From an uncultured Acidobacteriota bacterium (GTDB lineage Bacteria; Acidobacteriota; UBA6911): a stretch of DNA of 64,000 nt. A model generated the notes under the pieces. That model saw only the letters and a list, made by a program, of their open reading frames with translations, searched no databases and had not been told where the DNA came from. How positions within the stretch are numbered: position 1 is the stretch's first letter; the number at the start of each line of letters is the position of its first letter. Shown here piece by piece: positions 39,526-50,734 of the stretch. A program made the position numbers and the translations under genes. Location: assembly GCA_963827655.1 (NCBI GenBank), contig CAWHCF010000008.1, positions 128,001 through 192,000 of the forward strand. The letters run 5' to 3'.

Positions 39526-41757
39526 ATGGTGATAGCGTTTGCGCAGGAGACGATTGCGAGCCTCGGTTTAACGGCCGAAGAATACCAGCGCGTCCGTGAA
39601 ATCCTCGGACGCGATCCGAACCTGACCGAGCTGGGTATTTTTTCCGTCATGTGGTCAGAGCACTGCAGCTACAAGAGCTCGAAGGTTCATTTGCAGCGGC
39701 TCCCGACTGAAGGATCCTGTGTCGTGCAAGGTCCCGGAGAGAACGCAGGGGTAGTTGATATCGGCGACGGCCTGGTGGCGATCTTCAAGATCGAATCGCA
39801 CAACCATCCCTCCTATATTGAACCGTACCAGGGCGCAGCTACCGGTGTGGGGGGCATAATTCGCGACATCTTCACTATGGGCGCCCGTCCCATTGCTCTG
39901 ATGAACGCGTTGCACTTCGGATCTCCGGACGATTCCGGAACTCGCCTGATCGTCGAAGGGGTGGTCTCGGGAATAGGCGGTTATGGCAACTGTATCGGCA
40001 TTCCAACCATCGGCGGCCAGACGGTCTTTTCACCGCGCTACGGCAAAAACCCGATCGTCAACGTCATGTGCCTGGGAATTGCGGCGCGAGATCAGGTGTT
40101 CTACGGACGCGCCACAGGGATCGGTAATCCGGTTTTCTACGTCGGAGCTAAGACCGGTCGGGATGGGATTCACGGCGCCACGATGGCCAGCGAGGAGTTT
40201 GACGACCGGTCCCAGGAGAAAAGGCCCACCGTGCAGGTGGGCGATCCCTTCATGGAAAAACTGCTCCTGGAAGCATGTCTCGAGGCGATGGAGAGTGGTT
40301 ATGTGGTGGGAATTCAGGACATGGGCGCGGCGGGTCTGACCTGCTCCACGAGCGAAATGGGGAGCCGTGGCGGAACCGGTATGGAGATCGAGCTGGATCT
40401 CGTCCCCCAGCGTGAAGCCGGCATGTCGGCGTACGAGATCATGCTTTCAGAATCGCAGGAGCGCATGCTGCTGGTCGCAAGTCCCGAACACGAGGACCGA
40501 GTCCGGCAAGTCTTCACGCGCTGGGGACTTGATGCGGTCGCGATCGGGCGTGTGACCAGGGATGGGAGGCTTCGCGTATTCCACGGCGGCAAGACCGTAG
40601 CCGAGATTCCGAATCGCGCGCTATCGGAAGAAGCCCCGGTGTATCAACGGCCCATGCGCAAGCCCGAGTATCTGGATCGGGTCCGGAGACTCGAGGAACA
40701 CGCGTTGCCGGCGCCTGATGATTGGAGCCAGGCTGTCCTTCGAATGATGTCGTCTCCCAACCTTTGCCGCAAGCGCTGGATCTGGGAACAGTACGATTAT
40801 ATGGTGCGCACCAACACGGTCGCCGGTCCCGGGTTCGATGCGGCCGTACTGCGGCTCAAGGGGAGCCGGCAACTGCTGGCGATGTCGACTGACTGCAATC
40901 CGAAATATTGCTATCTGGATCCGATCAATGGGGCGCGGTCGGCGGTGGCGGAGGCTTGCAGGAATATCGTGTGCTCCGGCGGTCTTCCGCTGGCAGCGAC
41001 CAACTGTCTCAACTTCGCCAGTCCGGAAAACCCCGAGACCATGTGGCAGTTTTCCCAAACCATCGATGGACTGAGAGACGCGTGTCTTGCTTTTAATACT
41101 CCGATTACGGGAGGGAACGTCAGCTTCTACAACGAGACCAGCGGTGTCGGAATCTATCCTACGCCCGTAGTTGGAATGGTGGGGATAATCGAGAGTGAAT
41201 CCCGGCTTACGCCGAGCTGTTTCCGACGCCCCGGCGATCTTCTGATTCTCCTGGGTGGTGAAGCGGTGGGGCTGGGAGGTTCTGAATTCCTCGAGGTATT
41301 TCATGAGCGCGTGGAGGGAATTCCAGTTCCAGTGGACCTCGCGCTCGAGGTCCGGGTTCAGAGATTTCTCGCAGAAATTATCGGCCGCGGTTGGGTTCAG
41401 TCGGCGCACGACTGCTCGGAGGGAGGACTTCTGGTAACCGCTCTGGAAAGCGCGCTTGCGGCGCGGCCCTCGCTGGGGTTCGAGCTGAGCGCAGGGGGAG
41501 ATTCTTACCCGCATCGAGCCCTTTTCGGCGAAGGACCGTCACGCGTGTTGTTGAGTGTGGCGCAAGATGCCCTGGATCCACTCGTCAGCCTGGCGAAGGA
41601 ACAGGGAATTCTTATCAAGACGTGCGGAAGAGTCACGTCCGGCTCCATACGCGTTGTGTATAATGGTGTCGAGCTTCTTTCGGCGAAAAGTGATGAAGTT
41701 TCTTGCGCATGGGATCGGGCTCTGGAAAGATGGAAATTCGGTGGCGAAATTCAGTGA
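39526..41757 (+). CDS. purL: FGAM synthase subunit PurL
   Basis: [38 protein letters not shown]. Confidence 0.97.
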   Translation: MVIAFAQETIASLGLTAEEYQRVREILGRDPNLTELGIFSVMWSEHCSYKSSKVHLQRLPTEGSCVVQGPGENAGVVDIGDGLVAIFKIESHNHPSYIEPYQGAATGVGGIIRDIFTMGARPIALMNALHFGSPDDSGTRLIVEGVVSGIGGYGNCIGIPTIGGQTVFSPRYGKNPIVNVMCLGIAARDQVFYGRATGIGNPVFYVGAKTGRDGIHGATMASEEFDDRSQEKRPTVQVGDPFMEKLLLEACLEAMESGYVVGIQDMGAAGLTCSTSEMGSRGGTGMEIELDLVPQREAGMSAYEIMLSESQERMLLVASPEHEDRVRQVFTRWGLDAVAIGRVTRDGRLRVFHGGKTVAEIPNRALSEEAPVYQRPMRKPEYLDRVRRLEEHALPAPDDWSQAVLRMMSSPNLCRKRWIWEQYDYMVRTNTVAGPGFDAAVLRLKGSRQLLAMSTDCNPKYCYLDPINGARSAVAEACRNIVCSGGLPLAATNCLNFASPENPETMWQFSQTIDGLRDACLAFNTPITGGNVSFYNETSGVGIYPTPVVGMVGIIESESRLTPSCFRRPGDLLILLGGEAVGLGGSEFLEVFHERVEGIPVPVDLALEVRVQRFLAEIIGRGWVQSAHDCSEGGLLVTALESALAARPSLGFELSAGGDSYPHRALFGEGPSRVLLSVAQDALDPLVSLAKEQGILIKTCGRVTSGSIRVVYNGVELLSAKSDEVSCAWDRALERWKFGGEIQ

Positions 41758-41852
41758 CAGGCGCTTCTAATCCATGCGGTAGAGCTTCCGTTCGCCGTCT
41801 TTACGCAGGTCTCTGGTACGGAGTCTTTGTCCCTGAATCTTTAGAGGTTGAG

Positions 41853-43280
41853 ATGATTCCCTGGGATAAGCTGAACGAAGAGTGCGGTGTCTTCGCTATT
41901 GTTTCTCATCCGGAGGCCGCCCGGCTCGCATATCTTGGAATCTATGCCCTCCAGCACAGGGGGCAGGAATCCGCCGGAATCGTGAGCTCGGACGGCAAGA
42001 AACTCCACCTCCAGCGCGGCATGGGCCATGTCGCCGATGTCTTCAACGAGAGCAGACTGGAACAGTTGCCGGGGGACTCCGCCATCGGACATGTGCGTTA
42101 TTCAACGGCGGGTGAAAGCGCCGCGATGAACGCTCAACCGATTCTTATCGACTGCTGGCGTGGCCCCATCGCGCTGGCGCACAATGGAAACCTGACCAAC
42201 GCGGCGCAACTCCGCCGTGAACTTGAGCGCGATGGAGCCATTTTTCATTCGACGAGCGACAGCGAGGTCATCCTCCACCTTCTCTCCCGTTCGAGACGGC
42301 GCACGCTGCTGGACGCGTTCATCGAAACGCTGCGCATCATCCAGGGAGCTTACTCGCTGGTAGTCTTGACTTCCGAGTATCTCCTGGTAGCCCGCGATCC
42401 CCACGGTTTCCGGCCTTTGTGCCTGGGGCGCGTGGATGGCCGTCAGGCGTTTGCATCGGAAACCTGTGCCTTTGATCTGATTGATGCCGAGTATATTCGA
42501 GACGTCCAGCCGGGAGAGGTACTGATGGTCGAGGACGATGCGCTTGAATCCAGTTTTCCCCTTCCCAGGGAAAACCCCGCTCACTGTGTCTTTGAGCATA
42601 TCTATTTCAGCCGGCCCGACAGTCTGGTGTTTGGACGGAGCGTGAACACCAGCAGGCACCGTCTGGGAAGATACCTGGCCCGAGAACATCCCGCGGATGC
42701 TGACGTCGTGGTTCCGGTCCCGGATTCGGGTGTATCCGCGGCGCTCGGCTACGCGCAGGAAAGCGGAATACCGCTCGAATTTGGTCTGATCCGGAACCAT
42801 TACGTGGGCCGAACTTTCATCGAGCCCAAACAATCGATCCGGAACTTCGGAGTCAAGGTCAAACTGAACCCGGTTCGGGAAATCCTGCGCGACAAGCGGG
42901 TCATCCTGGTCGATGATTCGATCGTGCGCGGCACCACGAGCAAGAAGATTGTCCACATTATTCGCGCCGTGGGGGCCAAGGAGATTCACGTGCGGATTAC
43001 GTCTCCTCCGATCATTGGTCCCTGCTACTACGGTATTGACACGCCGACAAAACGGGAGCTCATCGGTTCGACCAAATCGGTGAATGATATTCGGGAATTC
43101 ATCGGCGCCGACTCGCTCGGATACCTCAGCCTCGAGTCATTGCTCGAGGCGGTTGAAGATAAGAAGCAATTCTGTTCGGCCTGTTTTACCGATCGGTATC
43201 CGACCGATGTGGTCCATCAGGAGAGGCAGAAAGAGCTCTTCGGAAAGAACCTGGTAGAGTTGTCCACGTCGCTTTCTTGA
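41853..43280 (+). CDS. purF: Amidophosphoribosyltransferase
   Basis: Propeptide EECGVF, LQHRGQE, VDDSIVRGTT, CSAC. Confidence 0.97.
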   Translation: MIPWDKLNEECGVFAIVSHPEAARLAYLGIYALQHRGQESAGIVSSDGKKLHLQRGMGHVADVFNESRLEQLPGDSAIGHVRYSTAGESAAMNAQPILIDCWRGPIALAHNGNLTNAAQLRRELERDGAIFHSTSDSEVILHLLSRSRRRTLLDAFIETLRIIQGAYSLVVLTSEYLLVARDPHGFRPLCLGRVDGRQAFASETCAFDLIDAEYIRDVQPGEVLMVEDDALESSFPLPRENPAHCVFEHIYFSRPDSLVFGRSVNTSRHRLGRYLAREHPADADVVVPVPDSGVSAALGYAQESGIPLEFGLIRNHYVGRTFIEPKQSIRNFGVKVKLNPVREILRDKRVILVDDSIVRGTTSKKIVHIIRAVGAKEIHVRITSPPIIGPCYYGIDTPTKRELIGSTKSVNDIREFIGADSLGYLSLESLLEAVEDKKQFCSACFTDRYPTDVVHQERQKELFGKNLVELSTSLS

Positions 43281-43292
43281 AGTGACTCCATC

Positions 43293-43319
43293 TACCACAA
43301 GACGCGAAGACCCCAGGGA
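43293..43319 (+). repeat. 9-bp-periodic repeat
   Basis: TACCACAAGACGCGAAGACCCCAGGGA fills the purF-purM gap. Confidence 0.6.
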
Positions 43320-43324
43320 ATCCT

Positions 43325-44371
43325 ATGAGCAAGTCTTATTCTCGAGGCCTGACCTACGCCGATGCCGGAGTCAACATTGATGCGGCGGTCGAAGCGAAGA
43401 AGCGAATCAAGCGACTCGCGCGCGACACCTTCAGCCCAGGAGTCCTGACTGATATCGGGAGCTTCGGCGCCCTCTTCAAATTCGACAAGGAGGCATATGA
43501 AGAGCCGCTCCTGGTTTCGAGCTGTGACGGAGTAGGGACCAAGTTGAAGGTAGCGGCAATGACCGGCCGCCACAACACTGTCGGCTACGATCTCGTCTCC
43601 CATTGCGTCAGCGACATAATGGTTCAAGGCGCAAAACCTCTTTTTTTCCTGGACTATATTGCCTGCGGCAAGCTGGAACCCGATATCGTCGAACACATTA
43701 TTTCGGGGCTGGTTCGAGGATGCAAGGAGACCGGCTGCGCCCTGATCGGAGGTGAGACGGCTGAAATGCCCGATTTCTACGTCCCGGGCGAATACGATCT
43801 GGCAGGATTCATCGTGGGTGTGGTAGACCGAAAGAAAGTTGTAGACGGAACGAAGATCACACCAGGAGACCGCGTCCTTGGTCTGGCTTCGTTGGGACTC
43901 CACACCAACGGTTACTCGCTGGCACGAAGAATCTTCTTTGATCTTCTGGGGCACAAACCTGGCGATCTCGTTTCAAGCCTGCAGACTACCGTGGCAGAAA
44001 TCCTGCTGACGCCCCACCGGAATTATTTTCCACTCCTCGAGCCTCTTCTGAACACGTCGTGGCTCAAGGGGATGGCACACATCACCGGTGGGGGCATAAC
44101 CGAAAATCTTCCCCGGATCCTTCCGCCAGGGACTGCTGCGGCGATTCACAGAGGTGCCTGGCCCGTTCTTCCTGTGTTTGACTACCTCCGCAGCCTCGGA
44201 AACATCGACGAAGTCGAGATGTTTCGCACCTTCAATATGGGAATCGGCATGATCCTTGTAGTCTCCGCTGAGGACAGCAGGGTCGTCAGGGAAAATTTTG
44301 CCTTGCGTAACGAGCCTTGCTACGAGATTGGATCCATTGTAGCCGGGGACGGCAAGGTTCACTACGCTTAG
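43325..44371 (+). CDS. purM: AIR synthase
   Basis: YADAGV, DGVGTK, GGETAEMP, GLHTNGYSL, AHITGGG. Confidence 0.97.
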   Translation: MSKSYSRGLTYADAGVNIDAAVEAKKRIKRLARDTFSPGVLTDIGSFGALFKFDKEAYEEPLLVSSCDGVGTKLKVAAMTGRHNTVGYDLVSHCVSDIMVQGAKPLFFLDYIACGKLEPDIVEHIISGLVRGCKETGCALIGGETAEMPDFYVPGEYDLAGFIVGVVDRKKVVDGTKITPGDRVLGLASLGLHTNGYSLARRIFFDLLGHKPGDLVSSLQTTVAEILLTPHRNYFPLLEPLLNTSWLKGMAHITGGGITENLPRILPPGTAAAIHRGAWPVLPVFDYLRSLGNIDEVEMFRTFNMGIGMILVVSAEDSRVVRENFALRNEPCYEIGSIVAGDGKVHYA

Positions 44372-44431
44372 CGCGCGGTATTCGTACCCACCGCGTCGGA
44401 GACCCCCGGGGATTCGCAAAGATTCCAGGTA

Positions 44432-45025
44432 ATGAACGACAATCGCAGAATTGCAATCCTTCTTTCCGGACGGGGATCTAACTTCCTGGCCATCCATGAT
44501 GCCATAAAGCGCCGCGATCTCGACGCTGAGATATGCTGCGTCATAAGCAATGTCGAGACTGCTCCGGGGCTGGTGCGCGCCCGCGAACTGGGCCTGGTTT
44601 CGCTGTGGTTGTCTTCCCGGGGTATGGCCCGCCCTGAATACGATCGGCTTCTGCTTGCAAACCTGAGGCCCTATCAACCGGCGCTCGTTTGCTTGGCTGG
44701 ATTCATGCGTATCCTCGGGGCCGAGTTCTTGAAGGAGTATCAGGGTAGAGTCTTGAACATCCATCCGTCCCTGCTACCATCATTCCCAGGGCTTCATGCG
44801 CAGCGGCAGGCCCTCCAACACGGAGTCGGTATTACGGGGTGCACCGTCCACGTCGTGGATGAAGGAGTCGATACTGGGCCCATCCTCATCCAGCGGGCCG
44901 TCCAGGTCCGGGAGGGTGACACGGAGGATTCCCTTTCGTCCAGGATTCTGGAGCAGGAACACTCCATCTATTGGCGTGCCATCGCCCTCGTCCTGGATCG
45001 GAATTCGGTGAACGGAATTCGGTGA
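44432..45025 (+). CDS. purN: GAR transformylase
   Basis: SGRGSN, LAGFMRIL, NIHPSLLP, DTGPI. Confidence 0.97.
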   Translation: MNDNRRIAILLSGRGSNFLAIHDAIKRRDLDAEICCVISNVETAPGLVRARELGLVSLWLSSRGMARPEYDRLLLANLRPYQPALVCLAGFMRILGAEFLKEYQGRVLNIHPSLLPSFPGLHAQRQALQHGVGITGCTVHVVDEGVDTGPILIQRAVQVREGDTEDSLSSRILEQEHSIYWRAIALVLDRNSVNGIR

Positions 45026-45107
45026 CAGGCACCGCTTTTCACATAAGCCTTTCACGATTATATTCCGGCATATGGCTGGCTAAATAGCAAAGGGGTGCCT
45101 GTCACCG
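45000..45107. repeat. REP-like inverted repeat element
   Basis: Perfect 14-bp IR: CGGTGACAGGCACC (45020-45033) and GGTGCCTGTCACCG (45094-45107); related copy at 41733-41763. Confidence 0.8.
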
Positions 45108-45119
45108 GAGTTTTCAGAG

Positions 45120-46343
45120 GTGGAGATGAAAAGCGCTGTGGAGCAGCTTGAGTGCCTGCAGAGGGGAGCTGTAGAAATAATCAGCCCGGAAGAGGCGCTG
45201 AAGAAACTGGAGGGTTCGATCCGGGCAAGCAAGCCCCTGACGGTAAAGGTCGGTTTCGATCCTACCGCTCCCGATCTGCACCTGGGCCACGCCGTTCTGC
45301 TGCGCAAGATGAAACACTTCCAGGACCTGGGCCACCGGGTCATTTTTCTGGTCGGGAGTTTCACGGCCCTCATCGGCGATCCCTCCGGGCGCTCCAAGAC
45401 CCGGCCCGCCCTGACCCAGGAGCAGATCGATGCGAATGCAGAGACGTTCAAGAACCAGGTATTCAAGATCCTGGACCCCGACAAGACGGTCATAGATTTC
45501 AACAGCCGGTGGTTCGGGGCGCTCACTTCCACGGACTGGGTCCGGCTTTGCTCCCGCTATACCGTGGCGCGGATGCTCGAGCGCGACGATTTCACAAACC
45601 GAATGCAGTCCAATCAGCCGATCTCGATCCACGAGCTCTTGTACCCGCTGGTTCAGGCATTTGATTCCGTGGCTCTCAAGGCCGACTTCGAGCTGGGCGG
45701 CACTGATCAGAAGTTCAATCTTCTGGTAGGGCGCGATATCATGCGAGAGTACGGTCTTGAGCCTCAGGTGATCCTCACCACACCGCTGCTCGAGGGCCTC
45801 GATGGCGTCGAGAAAATGAGCAAGTCGCTCGGAAACTACATCGGTTTCAACGACGCTCCGGAAGAAATCTATGGGAAAGTAATGTCGATTTCTGATTCTC
45901 TGATGTTCCGTTACTGGGAACTGCTTACGGAAATTCCGCTGGCTGACCTTCAACGAATGAAAAAGGAGGTGGAGTCGGGAGAACTCCACCCCATGACTGC
46001 CAAAGGCAATCTGGCGAAACGGCTGGTAGAGGAATTCCACGGAACAACGGCGTCTGTTCAGGCTGCGGAACACTTCGCGCGCGTCCACCAGCGCGGCGAA
46101 CTCCCGGAAGCGATGCCCGAGTTCACACTTCCACGCGGCCAGGATTCGATGGGCCTGGTTGACGTGCTTGTGCGCTGCGGTTTGGCGCCGTCCAAGACTG
46201 AAGCGCGGCGACTGGTCAAGGCAGGAGCGGTTTCGATCAACGGCGAAAAGATCACCGAAGTAACCGCGTCAATCCCCGAACACCTCTCGGAATTCGTACT
46301 GCGCTGCGGCAAACTGCGCTTCTGCCATGTGAGGTTCGTATGA
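45120..46343 (+). CDS. tyrS: Tyrosine--tRNA ligase
   Basis: [27 protein letters not shown]-terminal S4 domain. Confidence 0.97.
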   Translation: MEMKSAVEQLECLQRGAVEIISPEEALKKLEGSIRASKPLTVKVGFDPTAPDLHLGHAVLLRKMKHFQDLGHRVIFLVGSFTALIGDPSGRSKTRPALTQEQIDANAETFKNQVFKILDPDKTVIDFNSRWFGALTSTDWVRLCSRYTVARMLERDDFTNRMQSNQPISIHELLYPLVQAFDSVALKADFELGGTDQKFNLLVGRDIMREYGLEPQVILTTPLLEGLDGVEKMSKSLGNYIGFNDAPEEIYGKVMSISDSLMFRYWELLTEIPLADLQRMKKEVESGELHPMTAKGNLAKRLVEEFHGTTASVQAAEHFARVHQRGELPEAMPEFTLPRGQDSMGLVDVLVRCGLAPSKTEARRLVKAGAVSINGEKITEVTASIPEHLSEFVLRCGKLRFCHVRFV

Positions 46344-47428
46344 GACCGCAAAAGGTACGGTCTCGCTCGAGAACTTCGCGGCGAGAGATTCTGCGCGCCC
46401 CCAGCCTGCGGCGGCCGTTGCAGAACACGGGGCCGGTGTTTGATATGGCCGGTTCCGGCGGGTACTACCTGCGGATAAGCCGTCGAGCCATGGCGTGCCA
46501 ATTCGAAGTCTTCCTCCGCCCACAAGATCGTTCGTTTGTGGCGGCGGTACACGAGGCTCTGGATGAAGTGGATCGACTTGAGGCCCAGATGACGGTCTAT
46601 CGGGAGGACAGCGAGTTGAGTCGTCTCAACCGCACGGCGTTCCTGTCCCCGGTTGCCGTGGAGGAGCGATTGTACCTCTTGCTGCGTTTTGCCTCGGGCC
46701 TAGGTAAAGAAACCGGCGGAGCCTTTGACATTACGGCGGGGCCTTTGATTCGCTGTTGGGGTTTTTTTGAGCGGAAGGGAAGACTCCCCAACGACGAGGA
46801 ATTACGCGCGGCCCGAGAGGTCACCGGTTGGGACAAAGTCACTTTCGACGATGCCGCCCGCTCCGTTTCGTTTTGCCGCCAGGGAGTGGAGCTGAACCTC
46901 GGCTCGATCGGCAAAGGATATGCGTTGGATCGGGCGGCAGAACGACTCCGAAAGGCGGGGCTTCGGGATTTTCTGATTCACGCCGGGCATAGCAGCGTTC
47001 TCGCATTCGGAGACTCCAACAGGGGACCGGGGTGGGAAATCAGTATTCGCGATCCTCAGGTTCTGCAGGGTGACCTGGGCTCGTTCTCTCTACTGGATCA
47101 GGGAATGTCAACCTCGGGTGTGGGAGAACAATTCTTTACCGCGAACGGACAGCGCTTCGGACATATCCTTGATCCTCGTTCGGGGCGGCCCGGTATGGGA
47201 AATCTCCTCTGCTCGGTCGTGGCGGCGACGGCCGCCCGTGCCGAGGCTCTCTCGACGGCCTTTTTCGTTATGGACCCCGGGGAGGTTCAGAGTTATTGTG
47301 AGGCACATCCTCAAGTTGGTACTATAGTGCTTCCAGCTTCCTCGACGGAGGAAGGCGAAGCGAGTAATTCCCGTCCGGCTCCCCTCTGCTGGGGAGTGAC
47401 ATTGCGGCAAACAGGGGTGTGGAGTTGA
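46340..47428 (+). CDS. apbE: FAD:protein FMN transferase
   Basis: [40 protein letters not shown]. Confidence 0.93.
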   Translation: MRPQKVRSRSRTSRREILRAPSLRRPLQNTGPVFDMAGSGGYYLRISRRAMACQFEVFLRPQDRSFVAAVHEALDEVDRLEAQMTVYREDSELSRLNRTAFLSPVAVEERLYLLLRFASGLGKETGGAFDITAGPLIRCWGFFERKGRLPNDEELRAAREVTGWDKVTFDDAARSVSFCRQGVELNLGSIGKGYALDRAAERLRKAGLRDFLIHAGHSSVLAFGDSNRGPGWEISIRDPQVLQGDLGSFSLLDQGMSTSGVGEQFFTANGQRFGHILDPRSGRPGMGNLLCSVVAATAARAEALSTAFFVMDPGEVQSYCEAHPQVGTIVLPASSTEEGEASNSRPAPLCWGVTLRQTGVWS

Positions 47429-47994
47429 TTCGAAGTGACTTTTTGACCGGCTGGCAACAGTTCCTGCTGGTTCTCTTTCGTTTCAGTGTCGGCTGGCATC
47501 TCTTTTACCAGGGAATGGGAAAAATGCGGGTTGCGCACTGGTCCTCAGGGGACTATCTGCGAACGGCGACGGGTCCCCTGGGACCGTGGTTTCAGAAACT
47601 GTCTCAGGAATCCTGGTGGCTGGGCATGGCGGATCAGGCCACGGTTTGGGGTCTGGTGATCCTTGGATTGCTTTTGATGGTTGGGCTGTTCACACGCACC
47701 GCCTCGTTAGCAGCCATCTTGCTCCTGCTGCTTTTTTATCTGGCTCATCCCCCTTTTCCCATACATGGGTTTGCCCCTATCACGCCGCAAGGGTTTGAGC
47801 TTTATGTGAACCAGGTGTTGATCGAGATCCTTGCGCTGAGCGTCGGGTTGGCCTTCAATACAGGAAAAATATCCGGACTGGACCTGCTGATTCACAATTG
47901 GATCCGCGGGAGAAGGTCGGAGCGCCACACCAGAGCCCAGGTCGCAGCAGCGCTTCGAAAACCTCACGACGAAATAGTGGAGAGATGGCAATGA
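47419..47994 (+). CDS. DoxX/DoxD family membrane protein
   Basis: R...GWHLFYQG..K, GLLLMVGLFTR, GLD; about four TM segments. Confidence 0.88.
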   Translation: MELIRSDFLTGWQQFLLVLFRFSVGWHLFYQGMGKMRVAHWSSGDYLRTATGPLGPWFQKLSQESWWLGMADQATVWGLVILGLLLMVGLFTRTASLAAILLLLLFYLAHPPFPIHGFAPITPQGFELYVNQVLIEILALSVGLAFNTGKISGLDLLIHNWIRGRRSERHTRAQVAAALRKPHDEIVERWQ

Positions 47995-49265
47995 CCGAAC
48001 AGGAGAAACAACTCGGCCGCCGCAACTTTATGAAGGCCGTAGCAACTCTTCCGGCCGCGGGAGCACTGCTTTGGAAGTCGAGTTCGATCCAGCCGGTGCG
48101 AGCTGGAATCATCGGCCCGGGAGGGCAGGGCCGGGTTTTGATGGAGAACAGCAACCCCAATTTTCTAAAGCTGGTGGCCGTGTGCGATATCTATCCGCCT
48201 AATCTGGAGAAAGGATTGGAAATCGCTCGCAAGAACCACGATGCCAATGCGCAAGGGTATTCCGACTATCGCCAGCTCCTGGAGCGCAAGGATATCGAGG
48301 CAGTTCTGATTGCGGTTCCGCTGTGGGCCCACGGGCCCATTGCGGTCGAGGCGCTTCAGGCCGGGAAGCACGTCCTCTGCGAAAAGACGATGGCCTACAC
48401 CGTCGAAGACTGCAAGAAGATGATCCAGGCGGCGCGTACGGCCCGGCGCAATCTACAGATCGGTCATCAGCGTGCCTACAGCCCGCTTTACCACGAGGCG
48501 TACCAGCTCATCAATGAAGGAACCATCGGGGAGATCTACCATGTTCGAGCCCTGTGGCACCGCAACGGAGATTGGCGTCGCAAACCTGCGGACCCCAAAT
48601 TCGACCCGTCGCCGTGGGGTTACCCGAGCATCGAGCATCTGACCAACTGGAGACTTTACTCGAAGTATTCTCACGGCATGATGGCCGAGCTCTGCAGCCA
48701 TCAGGTTCATGTCGTCAACTGGTTCACGGGTGCTGCGCCGCAAGCCGTGGTGGGAAGCGGAGGGATACACCGATACAAGGACGGACGCGAGGTCAACGAC
48801 CATATCTATACCATCTTCGAGTATCCCAAGAACCTCACCCTCACCTATTCCGCGATTCAATCCAACGCGTTCGATCACTATTACGAAGAGTTCATGGGAA
48901 CAAAGGGGACCATTATTCTGGGCGGCGAGACCGAGGCGTTGCTGTTCATGGAGGGACAGCGCGGCAAGCCCTCGGAGCTGACCGTAACTGCGGAGACCGG
49001 AGGTCCCGTGATGCAGGCCTCCGAGAGCCGGAGCAGAGATGCAGCCGGCAGTTCCGTCGCGGGCGCGGGCTCGAGTGGTTTTAGCGCCGTGAGCGCTTAC
49101 AAGCTCGAGATCGAAGGGTTTGCCCGGACGATACGCAACGGGGAGCCAAACCTCTGCGACGGCGAAACAGGTCTTAAGGCGGCCACAGCGATTCTTAAAG
49201 CGGATGAGGCGATCGCTCAAAATCGCAAGCTCGAAATAGGACGCGACCTGTACACGCAAGCCTAG
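47991..49265 (+). CDS. Tat-exported Gfo/Idh/MocA oxidoreductase
   Basis: GRRNFMK Tat motif, GIIGPGGQG Rossmann motif, GKHVLCEK, NWR. Confidence 0.92.
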   Translation: MTEQEKQLGRRNFMKAVATLPAAGALLWKSSSIQPVRAGIIGPGGQGRVLMENSNPNFLKLVAVCDIYPPNLEKGLEIARKNHDANAQGYSDYRQLLERKDIEAVLIAVPLWAHGPIAVEALQAGKHVLCEKTMAYTVEDCKKMIQAARTARRNLQIGHQRAYSPLYHEAYQLINEGTIGEIYHVRALWHRNGDWRRKPADPKFDPSPWGYPSIEHLTNWRLYSKYSHGMMAELCSHQVHVVNWFTGAAPQAVVGSGGIHRYKDGREVNDHIYTIFEYPKNLTLTYSAIQSNAFDHYYEEFMGTKGTIILGGETEALLFMEGQRGKPSELTVTAETGGPVMQASESRSRDAAGSSVAGAGSSGFSAVSAYKLEIEGFARTIRNGEPNLCDGETGLKAATAILKADEAIAQNRKLEIGRDLYTQA

Positions 49266-49319
49266 TTTGCATTCCCGAATCGTAGCGGTTTAAGGCAAGT
49301 GCGTGTCAATCCCTATGAG

Positions 49320-50656
49320 TCAGCGTGAAGTCGAGCCAACCGCTATCAGCTGCCGGTCACCGCGGATAAAGATTCTCCCGTTGGAAAACGCGGGCGATCC
49401 AAGCACTCGCACCCCGAGCTTGTTCCGGGCCAGAACCTCAGGTGTCCGGCCTCCGCGCAGAACCAGAGTTTCGCCGTTCTCGCCAAACAGGTAGATCTTC
49501 CCGTCGGCGACCACCGGCGACGCGCTGTATATGCCACCCAGCCGCTCGCGCCACACCCGCTCGCCGGTCCTGGCGTCGGTGCAGGTGACGATACCCATCT
49601 CCGACGCCATATACAGCAGTCCGTTGTCGTAGACCAGCGAGGATGTGTAGGGCGCGCCGGTTTCGACGTGCCAGAGGAGTTTGCTCTTAGGGATATCGCC
49701 CCTCTGACCGGCGCGCAGCGCCATATAGGGGCCGCTGCGATAACCCCTGCTTATGTACAGCACGCCTTCGTGATAAACCGGCATGGGGACGGCGAAGCGT
49801 GTAGGCTCCACGTATTTCCAGAGCGACTTGCCGGTGGCCGGATCGAACGCCTCGACGTTCTCGCTCGAGTTCACTATCAACTCGGGACCTTGCGGGGTCT
49901 CGATCACCAGCGGCGTGCTGTACGACTTCAGGTTCTGTCCCTGATCGACCTTCCACAGCTCTTTGCCTGTTCTTTTGTCGAGCGCCAGAAGATAGGACGA
50001 AGTCCGCTGATAGCACACCAGGATCAAGCGGTCGCGGTACAGCACAGGCGAGCTGGAGTGACCCCAATCGAGATCGAATACTGAGTACTCCTTCCCGAGA
50101 TGCCGTACCCACACCGCTTTTCCGTTCATATCGAGGGCGGCTATCTGGCCGTTGCTGAACCACGCGTACCAAAGCTCGCCGTCGGTCACAGGACTGGAAG
50201 TTGCCAGGTTGCGTTTCTCGTGCACCTCGGGTGGTTCGCCTTCTACGTCCAGCTTGTATTCCCAGAGCTTGTGTCCGTCGGCAGCGCGGTAAGCCGCCAC
50301 GACGAAGACAATCTTATCGTCCCGACTCTGGGCCCGGGCTCCTCCCAGCGGTGTTTCGCCCAGCTCGGCGGGGTTTCCTTCCTGGACGAAGGTCGGATGT
50401 CGTCCTTGCCGCAGCGCACTCGCGCCGGTCTGATAGGTCACGATCAGGCGGTCGCCCCACACCACCGGCGACGAGACCCCGAGGCCGCCCAGTTCCGCTC
50501 GCCAGGCGATGTTCTTTTCGCTGCTCCATTCCGTAAGAAGGCCCTTCTCCGGCGACACGCCGGTTCCCGACGGTCCTCGCCACTGCGGCCAGTTCTCGGC
50601 CCGAAGGAGCGGAATGAACAGGCAAGAAAAACCAGTACGGTACGGATGATCCTCAC
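49320..50656 (-). CDS. PQQ-like/BamB-type beta-propeller protein (frameshift in signal peptide near 50620)
   Basis: NWPQWRGP, repeated SSPV and TGKELW motifs; signal peptide lies in the adjacent frame. Confidence 0.88.
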
Positions 50657-50734
50657 TGGCTATCCCCCTTACTATGTGATCGAGTTCCGTCATCTGCCGA
50701 GCCACCTCGGGCTCCGGCGGTACCCAAATTGAAA

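Noticed and set aside
45026-45119. T-box riboswitch upstream of tyrS
   Set aside because: Too short, no T-box consensus recognised, and the gap is occupied by the REP-like inverted repeat.
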